The notes under the pieces were generated by a model. It searched no databases and had not been told where the DNA came from. It worked only from the letters and a program-made list of their open reading frames with translations. Shown in pieces: positions 14,166-25,061 of a stretch of 64,000 nucleotides of DNA. The position numbers and the translations under genes were made by a program. The stretch comes from Spongospora subterranea f. sp. subterranea (lineage: Eukaryota): NCBI GenBank assembly GCA_049724395.1, contig JAUGWO010000091.1, positions 186,001 to 250,000 of the forward strand, written 5' to 3'. Within the stretch, counting starts at the first letter, position 1, and every line of letters starts with the position of its first letter.

Positions 14166-17100
14166 ACTAACTACGGGCTAATGTTCGGCAGGCCTGATCA
14201 GACAATCGCCTGTTATGCCGAGGATGTCTGCTAACATATGCTCGGCTGGACAATAGATAACATTGATCCGCCCTTCCTGTGTCTTCTCATGAATAAAGTG
14301 ATGCCGTATATCGTTATGTTTAATTCGCGACTTGTTGGAAGTGTTCTTCTCAAAGAAAATAGCACCTTGATTATCTTGATGTAGAGTCGCCTGTTTCTTG
14401 GTAATAATTCCAAGTTCATGTAATAAATCATGTAACCATACGGCTTCCTTCGTCGCATCAGAAGCTGCAATGTATTCGGCTTCTGTTGTGGGTAATGTGA
14501 CTGTGGCTTGTTTCTTGCTTTTCCAAGAAATGACGTTATGTCCAATCGAGATAATCCATCCAGTGGTCGACTTGCGATCGCATATGTCTCCAGCAAAATC
14601 GCTGTCAGCCCAACCTGTAATTTGGTGATCGCCTTGTGTGAAGGTTAGACCTAAATCTGGAGTTTCTTTCAAAGACTTGATTACTCGTTTAACGGCTTTC
14701 CATAACGATTTCGTGAGTTTGCTGAAATGTCGACTAATGTTGTTGATTGCGAATGCCAGGTCAGGTCTCGTCGCATTTGCTAAGTACGTAAGGCTTCCGA
14801 TTGCTTCACGAATTGGGTATTTGGTTATGGTAGCGTCGTCGTCTGGTGTGTAGATTTCCGACATCGGGGTTGGTGCTGGTTTGCAGTTATCTTGTCCGAA
14901 GTTGGAATATGATAGAGAGTGTGTAATCCATTTGTGTGAGGACGATCCCTTTGTCTATATATCTTGCTTGTAATCCGAGAAATCTTTGTAGTCACCTAAG
15001 TTCTTCATTTTGAAGTTGTGGCCCATAATAGTTGAGATGCTGTCGATCTCGGTCTTGTCGTTTCCTGTTAATATTAGATCATCGACGTATGTTCCGATTA
15101 TGGTTATTCCCTTGTTGTTCTTCTTGTACCATATACATGGTTCTTTCATGGATTGAATATATCCTTTGTTGCGGATCATGTCGAATAGTGGTGTCTGCCA
15201 AGCTCTACCAGCCTGTTTAAGCCATAGAGGGCTTTGTTAAGCATGCATACCTTGTGCTCGTCTCCATGCTTTATAAAGCCTTCCGGTTGTTCGATGTAGA
15301 TGGGGAGCAATAATGGTGCATTTAGGTAGGCTGCAGTAAAGTCTCGCTGGTATATCTTCCAGGTATTATTGACTGCAACACAGATGAGGATACGAACTGA
15401 TGTATGTACAAGTACCGAAGAATAGGTTCGTGATAGTCGATGCCATGTTGTTGAGAATATCCTTTCGCGACAAATCTAGCCTTGGCTGTAAGGTGATCGT
15501 TGATGTCCTTTTGCTTGGTAAAGATCCATCTTCCTTGAATCGCTTTCACGTGTCGCGACGGTCGACGAGTGTCCAAGTGTGATTATCCTTATGTGACTCC
15601 ATTTCTTTGTCTGCAGCAATTTGCCATTCATGTGCGCCTGGTCGCGTCATTGCTTCCGAGTAAGTTTTCGGATAGTCGGTCAAGGTGTGATGAATTTCGA
15701 ATCCGTGATCGTCGATGATGGTCAATGGATCGGATCCATCATTCATATCCATCGCCTCTTGCCGCAAATCCAGTATAGTGTCTTCGTCAAACTGCACGTC
15801 GCGTCTTACGATGACCGTAGCGGTGTTCGAAGGTCGAAGTATGTATCCCTTCTGGTATGGTGCATATCCTAAGAATTAGCATTTCAGTGACGTTGGTTGA
15901 AGTGCATCTCGCATAGTGGATTCAATGTGCGCATATGCTGTACATCCGAATGGTCTCAAGCGCTTGACATCGGGCTTGACGTTCATCCATAGTTCGTATG
16001 GGGTTGCCCATTCGATACGTCGAGTTGGTAGTCGATTCATGGTATAAGTTGAGTATTGGACTGCAAATGGCCAGTAACAGTAGTCAATTTTCGCCTCGAT
16101 CAGTGCACAGCGTGTCATGCTCATGATGGTTTGATTACGTCTTTCAGCTTGACCATTCTGTTAGGGCAGTGAGGCACGGTGCGTTGATGTTTGATGTTCT
16201 TTTGCAAAAGGAATGTGCTCATTAGTTGGTTGACATACTCTGATCCGTTGTCGGTTAATAAGGTAGTTAGGCGTTGTTTCGTCTCAGCTTCAGCATCATA
16301 ATAATGAACAGTTTCATCGCCTCTCAGCGCTCTTGTGCTTCAGAAACTTGACATCATGTCCAGGTTGAGTATAAGCCAGTTGAATGTAAAGTAGTATCTG
16401 TATCCTTCCTTGCTGGGAATCAGGAACGGTCCTTTAAGGTCAGAAGAAACAATTTCAACTGCCCTAGTTGGTTTTGTCCGACGTTCTTGCGGAAATGGTT
16501 GCTTCCGAGATTTCCCATGGGCACAGCTTTCGCAGAATTGTCGTTCTTGCGGTGTGATGTTGACGCCTTCGGTGGATTCTTGTAAATGCTTCAGTCTCTC
16601 ATTCGATGCGTGACCGAATCGTCGGTGCACTAGCTCCATGCTGATGGTTGCATCTCGAACGTCGTGATTTACAATGTAGTGGAGGTCGTTGTGCTTGTGC
16701 GGCCTAACGATAACCTTTCCACGTTGATTTTTGATACGAAGAGTGTCGTCAATGACTACGCTTAAACCTTGTTCGGTAAACGATTTTCGTTGCCAATAAA
16801 GTCTTGGTAATGCCAGGAACGAATAATACGTTGTCGATAACAATTAATGGTTTGCTTTGTATCGTCAGTGATCCTTGTCTGTATGCAGGTGACATCTCAC
16901 CGTTGCTGCAAGTGATCGTGATCGGTTCCAGTAGTGACCTGTAATTGTGAAGTAAGTTTAAATCATTAGTCATGCTGACGTTAGCGCCATTATCGATGAG
17001 ATATGCACTTTTGATGGAGAACGTTCTGGTGGAAGTACTGTGGAATCCTGTGAACTCCTGTTCCTTTTCGTAACACCGTGTGCAATACTTGCCGTTATTG

Positions 17101-17860
17101 TAGTTATTGCCTCTGTCGTTGTTGTTGTTATGTGACTTTTCCTTATGCCTCTTGGTTCGCTCGGTGTTAAGAGAGGTCTTTCGGCGTCGTTGATTCGAGG
17201 TCTGTTGTCAGGAGTAAATTCGGTAGTCTGGCGATCGATTTTACTTGAGATGCTCTGGCGGCTGCCTTGATTTGTTGGTATTGATCTGGCAATCCATCAA
17301 GAGCCTTGACGCATAGGGCTAGTTCGCCGACGTCGATGTTGTATACTCTCAAGTCATGGTATAGTTCTACCATTTTGTCCAGGTACCCTTTCATAATCTG
17401 ATTCGGTTGCTTCTGGTGGTGTATAAACTGGAGAAATAAGCTCGCTGTCTTGGCTTCCGCTGTTTGCGCGTAGACATCGTGTAGCGTTGTCCAAATCTCA
17501 TGTGCTGTCGTACATCTTGAGATCTGAACTGAGATTGCGACAGTCTCATGCTGATTTGAGCAGATGCGAGCTGGTCGTTGCGTTGCTCGATCGTGTTGCC
17601 GCGGGTTGGCGGGTAGTGTAAGAATGAGTCGATGCCCACTATTATGAACTGGGTCTCGGTCTTGCGATTCTTTCGGTGAATTCCGGGATTAGTTTTAGTC
17701 CCGAGTTGTGTTTTGAAAGATTGACTTCTTCTTTTAACCGGTGGGTGTATGGTGTTTCCATAGCATCGTTGGTTGTGTCTGGAGTGGTGTCCTCCTTTTG
17801 TATCTCTCGTCGTGTTTTCGTTGGTTGTTCTTCTTCCCCTCGCCATAGTATTCCGAGTCG

Positions 17861-17875
17861 GTGGGACTCTTAACC
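17861..17875 (-). other. Primer-binding site GGTTAAGAGTCCCAC, complementary to tRNA-Lys(CUU) nt 26-40
   Basis: Plus strand GTGGGACTCTTAACC versus tRNA-Lys gene GTGGGACTCTTAATC (25087-25101): 14 Watson-Crick pairs plus one G:U. It lies directly between the putative LTR and the gag ATG at 17846. Confidence 0.85.
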
Positions 17876-17988
17876 TATCGACAGGTTCACCGGTTATTTG
17901 TTCAATAGAAGAAGTGATTAGACTGTATTAGGGTAACACGTAACAATATCTAGGTCCGACTGCGACTAGAAGCGTGTAGTTGCTGATA
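17876..17988 (-). repeat. Putative 113-bp 5' LTR with TATC...GATA termini
   Basis: Abuts the PBS. The minus strand reads TATCAGCA...TGTCGATA, a 4-bp terminal inverted repeat. No second copy is available in the window, so the outer boundary is inferred. Confidence 0.6.
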
Positions 17989-18001
17989 ATTTAGTGCAGT
18001 T

Positions 18002-18074
18002 GCTTGTGTGGCCCAATGGTCAAGGCGCGTGCCTACGGAGCACGAGATTCCGAGTTCGAATCTCGGCACAGGCT
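18002..18074 (+). tRNA. tRNA-Arg(ACG)
   Basis: Cloverleaf GCTTGTG/CACAGGC, anticodon arm CGTGC-CTACGGA-GCACG, T-arm CCGAG-TTCGAAT-CTCGG, T-run downstream. Confidence 0.95.
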
Positions 18075-18352
18075 AAGATTTTTGCATTCCATCAATTTTG
18101 TCTGACTGGAAGAGGTGCGAGTTCTCTCCGGAAATCAGGGGTGTCCACGGCTACGGCTAGCTACCAGGCCGCTCTATCCGGCTGGCCGGCTAAGCGAAAT
18201 TTACTGGCCGGCTATTTTCACGAACTTGCGTTTTACCGTGCGACAGTGCGGCTTGGCCGCCTTGCTTGAGTCCTTAACGCCTCTCGCGCATCGTCCGGCG
18301 CGCCAACCCATGCTGATGAGGTTGATGAATTTTTTGAATGATTTAATGAAAA

Positions 18353-19240
18353 AGGGACATAAAGTTGAGTTACAGGACGGAGAGCAGGGACATAAAGTTG
18401 AGTTACAGGACGGAGAGCAGGGACATAAAGTTGTCGTTACAGGACGGAGCAGGGACATAAAGTTGAGTTACAGGACGGAGAGCAGGGACATAAAGTTGTC
18501 GTTACAGGACGGAGCAGGGTCATAAAGTTATCGTTACAGGACGGAGAGCAGGGACATAAAGTTGTCGTTACAGGACGGAGCAGGGTCATAAAGTTATCGT
18601 TACAGGACGGAGAGCAGGGACATAAAGTTGTCGTTACAGGACGGAGCAGGGACATAAAGTTATCGTTACAGGACGGAGAGCAGGGACATAAAGTTGTCGT
18701 TACAGGACGGAGCAGGGTCATAAAGTTATCGTTACAGGACGGAGAGCAGGGACATAAAGTTGTCGTTACAGGACGGAGCAGGGTCATAAAGTTATCGTTA
18801 CAGGACGGAGAGCAGGGACATAAAGTTGTCGTTACAGGACGGAGCAGGGACATAAAGTTATCGTTACAGGACGGAGAGCAGGGACATAAAGTTGTCGTTA
18901 CAGGACGGAGCAGGGTCATAAAGTTATCGTTACAGGACGGAGAGCAGGGACATAAAGTTGTCGTTACAGGACGGAGCAGGGTCATAAAGTTATCGTTACA
19001 GGACGGAGAGCAGGGACATAAAGTTGTCGTTACAGGACGGAGCAGGGTCATAAAGTTATCGTTACAGGACGGAGAGCAGGGACATAAAGTTGTCGTTACA
19101 GGACGGAGCAGGGACATAAAGTTATCGTTACAGGACGGAGAGCAGGGACATAAAGTTGTCGTTACAGGACGGAGCAGGGACATAAAGTTATCGTTACAGG
19201 ACGGAGAGCAGGGACATAAAGTTGTCGTTACAGGACGGAG
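18353..19240. repeat. Minisatellite: 33-bp starter units, then alternating 32- and 34-bp monomers (66-bp higher-order repeat, about 11-12 dimers)
   Basis: Monomers are agggacataaagttgtcgttacaggacggagc (32) and aggg[t/a]cataaagttatcgttacaggacggagagc (34). Confidence 0.97.
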
Positions 19241-19869
19241 AACACAGAGGGCTGTACAGAAGGCCAAACATAATTATTCGTGATACGGTATGATTCGAAT
19301 GGGATACGAAGTCGTTTGGCAACAAGCGGCGAAGCGGGATGATGGGTTCGAGAGATATATCCCAACGCTTTCCTACCGCTGACCAAACGTCTTGAAAATC
19401 AAGGAATGAGCTCTAAATGTTGAGGGCGCCATCGGGCAGACAATGGATCAAACTGGAGCCGAATGATGTCAGCGAATTTGACTAGCTCGTGAGGTAGGAC
19501 CGGCGGTACAGTCACGTTCACAAAGATCGCTGCGATTTTTTGCAGTAAGTTCAACACTGCAAACTGCAACGTTGCTGACAATTGGCGCCAAGGCCTCAGC
19601 GCCGACTGCATCCAGTGCCGTGATGACAAAGTTCCCAAGTCCTGGAGCACAGAATTGACATTCTGAACGGAACTTCAGTACAATCATTTCACTCAATAGT
19701 GGCATCGATAAGAACGCGGCCTGGTCATAAAGTTCAACAAAAATATAAGCAAATTTCAAATGGAAATATGACGACCGTCAAACAGCGATTCTTGTACCAA
19801 TCGTTCGCGTCATCAAGCTGGAGTGCATTTCAGACAACACGGTGGCTCAACACGTTACCAATATGAACT

Positions 19870-19942
19870 GCTTGTGTGGCCCAATGGTCAAGGCGCGTGC
19901 CTACGGAGCACGAGATTCCGAGTTCGAATCTCGGCACAGGCT
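19870..19942 (+). tRNA. tRNA-Arg(ACG)
   Basis: Identical to 18002-18074; followed by a T8 Pol III terminator. Confidence 0.95.
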
Positions 19943-20019
19943 GAATTTTTTTTCCAACTTGTCTCGAGTTGAGAAAAAATTGAAGTTGAACAATTGCAGC
20001 AGCGGCATTCAAAACATTT

Positions 20020-20092
20020 AGCCTGTACCGAGATTCGAACTCGGAATCTCGTGCTCCGTAGGCACGCGCCTTGACCATTGGGCCATACAAGC
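20020..20092 (-). tRNA. tRNA-Arg(ACG), A7-T66 variant
   Basis: Reverse complement of the same tRNA with a compensatory G7-C66 to A7-T66 acceptor-stem change. Confidence 0.95.
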
Positions 20093-20105
20093 CTTGATGT
20101 CGGTT

Positions 20106-20667
20106 TATTGACGTGTGTCACTAAACTATCGTCGAATCTTGAAGCTGTTGGACTCTTCACCAGCCAGGGCATCGCAAGTCGAGACGATCCCTAAATTAAC
20201 GAACCTCTTAATCTCAGTCGAAAGATGCCAAGATGGGAACGACCATCATGTCTTCGAGTTTCGACAACGCGAACTCAGAAATGAGATACCGGAAATAAGC
20301 ATTTGAGCAGTATTGCCCTGTCTCCTGGTTTTTGTGTTGATTCCGGTTTTCATTTCTGAGTTCGCGTTGTCGAAACTCGAAGGCATGGAAAATCACGGAA
20401 AAATCACTGTAACAAGACAATAACCAAGCACATCGATGTCAACCATCATTTTATTCGAGAAAAGGTTGATGAAGGCCGAATACTACTCACGTATTGTCCA
20501 ACGGCAGAAATGATCGCTGACGCATTCACAGAACCCTCAACGAAAGAGTGTTAATTCGCCACATGGCAAGCATTCTAAATCATCACGATTATTTAGCTCA
20601 GGGGCGTATTGACGTTAGTCACTAAGCTAAAGTTGACAAACTCACATTAATATTATCATTCTACCAC
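20106..20667 (+). mobile_element. Internally deleted copia element: 5' LTR start, gag end, RNase H end, PPT, 3' LTR start
   Basis: TATTGACGTGTGTCACTAAACTA at 20106 resembles TATTGACGTTAGTCACTAAGCTA at 20607, which follows a PPT-like CAGGGGCG. Also ARASQVETIPKLTNLLIS (gag) and KHIDVNHHFIREKVDEGRILLTYCPTAEMIADAFT (RNase H end). Confidence 0.8.
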
Positions 20668-21470
20668 TACATTTTGCATTTTGGGCAGTATTTGCCCTGT
20701 CTCCTTGGTTTGTGTGGATTCCGAGTTCGCGTTGTCGAATTCTGTACAACCCCATAAGAAAAGGTGTCGCGAATCAGTTCGCTCTGCCAACTCGAAGGCA
20801 TCATAGTCGTTTCCATCTTGGCAGATCTTTCGGCTGATATTAAGGTAGTGCTTTCGGGCAAAGTGCCAGTTCTCCGATACTAATTTTGCCCCGTTGAGTT
20901 CGAGATACAGACCGATTAGCTTGTCGAGGTACGATTTAATGGGTTCACTGGGGTTCTTTTTGATGTGCAGGAATTGGGCAAATATTTGCTGCCTTTAGTT
21001 CTGCTGTCTCATCGTATATCCCTTCAGGCGACTCCAGATTGCGCATGTTGATTCACATTGTGAGACTTGTTTGTACTGGGCTTGCGGGAGTAGCATGCAT
21101 ATCTGAGCAGCAAATAGTTTATCATTTTCTCAGTTCATGTCGCGATGTGAGGTCTGGCAGTTCGGTCAAGTAGGATTCAATTCCCATGATGGTGAATTGG
21201 GTTTCAAGTTTCCTTTCAAACTCTTCCCAGTTCGATCCGGTGAATTTGGGTATGAGTTTCAAACCCTAGTTGTATCTGGATAGATCGATTTCTTCGGTTA
21301 ATCCCTGTGTTCTGCTTTCCTCCAATATTGCCCTTTCCTGTCGGCTTATCGTTGATGTGACTTTGCTACCTTGAACGCGCGGCTGGACTGTCATTATTAG
21401 AGCTGGTGGGACTCTTTATTTAACGGAAACAAGAGAAATATACGGAGTAGTTAGTAATGGGTGATAATAC
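20667..21470 (-). mobile_element. Copia 5' remnant (LTR 3' part, degenerate Lys PBS, gag)
   Basis: PBS-like AAAGAGTCCCAC at ~21406-21417; gag PKFTGSNWEEFERKLETQFTIMGI..AAQICM; KYCPKC knuckle; stops present. Confidence 0.8.
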
Positions 21471-21479
21471 TTGACTCTT

Positions 21480-22620
21480 CTATTATCATCTATACTAACT
21501 ACTCCATATCTCTCTCCTAATTCCGGTATTATATAGACGACCTCAACATTCATTGTTTAGGAAACATGTCATAACCATTGCAGCACAATCACGTCAAATA
21601 GTGGGATAAGAGAAGGTGTTTCGTTCGTTAGATTACGAGTCCCATCTCCTCAAGAAGATCGCACAAGCACGACGAGAAAATGGATGGGACACCTCCCCCG
21701 AAGCGATCATCAGGCTCGAGTAACGAGACCTTAACGACCGCAAGTGACACGAGATGATGAATATTTGACAAACACATCCTATCAAGAAACGGAGAGTTAT
21801 TGATGACAGCATCTAAGATGTATGGCCTCTACTATTACAAGTGCACGATGGAAACACATTAGTGATGCATGAGAAGGGACGATTTCACTCTGAAGAGACT
21901 TGACATTCGATGAATCAAAAATATCAAGTCTAAAAGGCATGTCGACGAAACAGAACCTGATTCAATTGCAATCAATTGCGAGCTATACAACATGTTGAGC
22001 GCAGTGGCATACCCAAGGAAGTACAGCACAACTGACAACGACATTCGAAACGGCAATGAAGTCCTCAACATAATGGCGGCACTCAACCCGTGCCGAATGC
22101 AAGCACATCACGAGTACAACACTGGACAATAGTACACATTTAACGGGGCCGCAACATGATGAAAAGAAACTACAAAGAAAATTGTGAACAGAGCAGAAAA
22201 ATGAAAGTCACGATACGTCGCAAAGCCAGAAGGATTCGTTCAGCATAAGCGGAGAACAAAGTTTGCATTCTGAATACCTGACAAGAAACCCTGTTCAAGA
22301 CACTGAAAGACTGCCCCTTACAAACAGATGAATGAACCATGTATCTAGCATTACAACAAACTTCCACTATCATAATTGAAGTTTACGTTGATGATTTGAT
22401 AATAACCGGGACGATAATTCAACGATCACCGAAAAAAAGTCGATCAATTTAAAAACCAGAAATATTGGACAAGCAGAAACAAATCACACAAGGCGAACAA
22501 AAGCGAACACAGTCGCACTTCAATATTTGTCAGAAGAGCCTCATGCGCTTGGCAAGATCGTCTTTACGAAAGACAGAGACTATTTATATTGACACAGAGA
22601 CCTCTGAACCCAACGAGCAA
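21480..22620 (+). mobile_element. Highly degenerate copia remnant (LTR part, Lys PBS, scattered pol pieces)
   Basis: GATTACGAGTCCCA at 21631-21644 is 13/14 complementary to the tRNA-Lys anticodon arm. The segment at 22250-22410 resembles RT sequence at 13600-13800 and includes VYVDDLII. Confidence 0.7.
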
Positions 22621-22746
22621 CTAGTAAGATAATAAAAGGTGAGTGTTGGCAGAAATCCGCTATTAAGTCATCAAAATGAATGACTGTATCATCTAATGAT
22701 GTCTATAATCCTTTCATTATCGTCCACTCTGAGATATAAAGATGCG

Positions 22747-23165
22747 ATGGCAAGAAGGACCAGCACGAAACAATCGCTGTCAGCCGACGACAAACTGTCA
22801 ATTCAAAAGATAATCAAATCCATCTCGAAACAGCCCCCATATTTTGATCAGTCTCATGCGATAGTGCTTGGAATAACTCAAGAAGTCAACCTATCCCTAT
22901 CACATTACGACACTGGCATACCCATCCCTTAATTCAACGGATCGAATTGGGAAGAGGTCAGGAGGAAACTGGTAACTCGAATCACGATTATGGGAATGAA
23001 ACTTACAACACCTATCTTATCCCCCAAGAAAAGATCACGAAGTTCGAAGCGAAGCTAACTACAGCACAGATATTCATGCGCCTCACACAAGCGCAGTTGA
23101 AAACGCAGCATATTATGCACACTCCAGATTTTGGCACCGTCTGAAGGAATTCTACGACGAAACCA
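22747..23165 (+). mobile_element. Copia gag remnant
   Basis: MARRT.. start and, across frameshifts, FNGSNWEEVRRKLVTRITIMG..TAQIFMRL, homologous to the other gag copies. Confidence 0.7.
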
Positions 23166-23559
23166 CAGAATCTAAAGCATCAGACTTGTTCATTGATTCC
23201 GTGGGCGGCTAAGCGTAAGTCTTTTGAACGCAGCTTTATGATCCTACCGAAGTTCACAGAGCAGACTTTTGTGAGCGATACGCGTTGCAGTGCCACTCCC
23301 GCCCTGCTCAAACAATACTGGAGAAGATGATACTGTCATTACTCTAGTGATCGGACTGTTCAGTTCGATCAACAAACGTTTTTACGACTATATATTCGTT
23401 CTCCCTCTTCTCTCCGCTCTTCTTCCGTCCTTCTCACTCTTCTCTGTGCGCTTCTTCGTCCTTCTTCCCATCACTACAGCATATAGTTCCAGCATCTGAA
23501 ATGGTGCGGACGTGAACGCAATCTTCAATCGCTGAAAGGCGGCTTCGGCATCGGTGTTT

Positions 23560-23950
23560 TATGGGAAAGTTGGAGACTTTCGTATGAGTGCATCCAGAGG
23601 CAGGGCTAGTCGAGAAAAATCGGCTATGAACTCCCGGTAAAATTAGCAAAACACAGGAACGATTGAACTTGTTTAACCGTTTGAGGTTGGGGCCATTCTA
23701 ACATCGTCGCCACTCTATCAGAATCCATCGTCAGAGAGTTATGAGAGACGAAAAACCCTAGAAATTTAACGTCTGACAGGAGACTATCGAGCACATTCTT
23801 CTGTGGGCGCGTGGTCAGTGGCTATTGGACGCTACTCAGGTTGCTTCACATGGAAGAGACATTTCTCCATTTTCGCCAATAGTTTGAATGTGCGAAGTCG
23901 GTCCAGAAATGCGAACCTGCTCAATCCGTTCAGGTATGGAACGGGAGTTT
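23560..23950 (+). mobile_element. Possible 3' remnant of a non-LTR retrotransposon
   Basis: Degenerate LFNRLRLG(H) followed by QETIEHILL resembles the LINE ORF2 C-terminal RLRxGH...ETxEHxLxxC motif, but the cysteines are not intact. Confidence 0.3.
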
Positions 23951-23954
23951 CCTT

Positions 23955-24226
23955 GAATATTAAAAACACGCTGGTGCACTTGCTTTTGATCCAGTCAATT
24001 CTAGTGCATCGTTTTTTCAATCTGACAGGGGCAAAAACAGAAGATACCGCAATTGCATCACAACGAACACAGAGCGGAAGTTCAACTTGTGAAATATTGG
24101 AAACACGCTGGTGCACTTGCTTTTGATCCAGTCAATTCTAGTGGATCGTTTTTCAATCTGACAGGGGCAAAAACAGAAGATACCGCAATTGCATCACAAC
24201 GAACACGGAGCGGAAGTTCAACTTGT
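23955..24226. repeat. 136-bp tandem duplication abutting the 3' end of a tRNA-Arg gene
   Basis: 23955-24090 and 24091-24226 are near-identical (aaacacgctggtgcacttgc...ggaagttcaacttgt). Confidence 0.95.
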
Positions 24227-24299
24227 AGCCTGTACCGAGATTCGAACTCGGAATCTCGTGCTCCGTAGGCACGCGCCTTGACCATTGGGCCATACAAGC
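24227..24299 (-). tRNA. tRNA-Arg(ACG), A7-T66 variant
   Basis: Same sequence as 20020-20092. Confidence 0.95.
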
Positions 24300-25061
24300 T
24301 GATTGTTGATGCCAAAATAGCAAACAGCTCTGTCGACCGAGCGTCCATAACTCAGCACCTCACATCGCTTTTCACCCATGCGTTCCTGCAGTGAAAATTT
24401 TCATGACTCATGACAGGTATCATGGTCTCAATCTTGGGCTGTTAGCATCATCGCAACGCGGATTTGATACTGGTCAAAGATGCCGATGGGCGAGAGAAAT
24501 TGCGAAAATCGCTGAGAAAGCAGAGTGGCATCGAGAACACATGACAACTGTGCCCAAAAGAGCGGGGCAGACAATTTTCAGCAAATTCCACCATAAACAG
24601 TTGCACTTTGGGAAAATTCGAGCATTTAGATTATTGTCAATTATGGTCATCCAACGTTCAAGCGCTTACGCTCGACCGCGTGCTGAAACTTTAGTTCTTC
24701 ATGCGCTGCGATTCAGTTCATTGTCAAGTTAGGAATTGCGAATCTCGTTCTTGAGGACTGGACTCTTTATAAATTGCAACGAACATCTATCGTAGATGAC
24801 AGAACTTGTTCTGAATAACAGCTACCCGGGGAATCCAAATTTCGTGGAGCTCTTCTCTGTAGCAATCTTGATTTCGTAAATATGTCTATGATTATGGGGG
24901 GTTGGGAACCGTTATAGTGAGTTTCCTTCATCGCCTCAGCTCTGACAGAATCCATTGGAGCCGTTGGACGGTTTGAATCAAATAATTCATGAATGTCGTG
25001 CTGATGTAGTTTTGTCGTAATATGTTTTGTACCGAACTGGAACTGCATTGTCTAAACATCA

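Larger units (their letters stand above)
14178..17988 (-). mobile_element. Near-complete Ty1/copia LTR retrotransposon (5' LTR, PBS, gag, PR, IN, RT, RNase H; frameshifted; 3' LTR missing)
   Basis: Domain order: gag (MARGRR..; KYCTRC knuckle), protease YLIDNGANVSM, HRRFGH..CESC, integrase SDLKGP/TDNGSEY/NGQAER, RT KARFVAKGYSQ..GTYVDDLIL, RNase H GWADSDFAGD..RKSTTG..TTEAEYIA..MLADIL. Integrase before RT defines the copia superfamily. Confidence 0.95.

Noticed and set aside
18437..19267. 276-aa Cys-rich repeat ORF as a real gene
   Set aside because: It lies almost entirely within the minisatellite, starts at a non-ATG codon, and is open only because the period (66) is a multiple of three.
24755..25061. 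Third targeted LTR upstream of tRNA-Lys (PBS-like tggactcttta at ~24759)
   Set aside because: The match is short, there is no TA-type LTR end at 13 bp, and no gag sequence follows. The tRNAs at 19870 and 24299 likewise show no LTR at that position.
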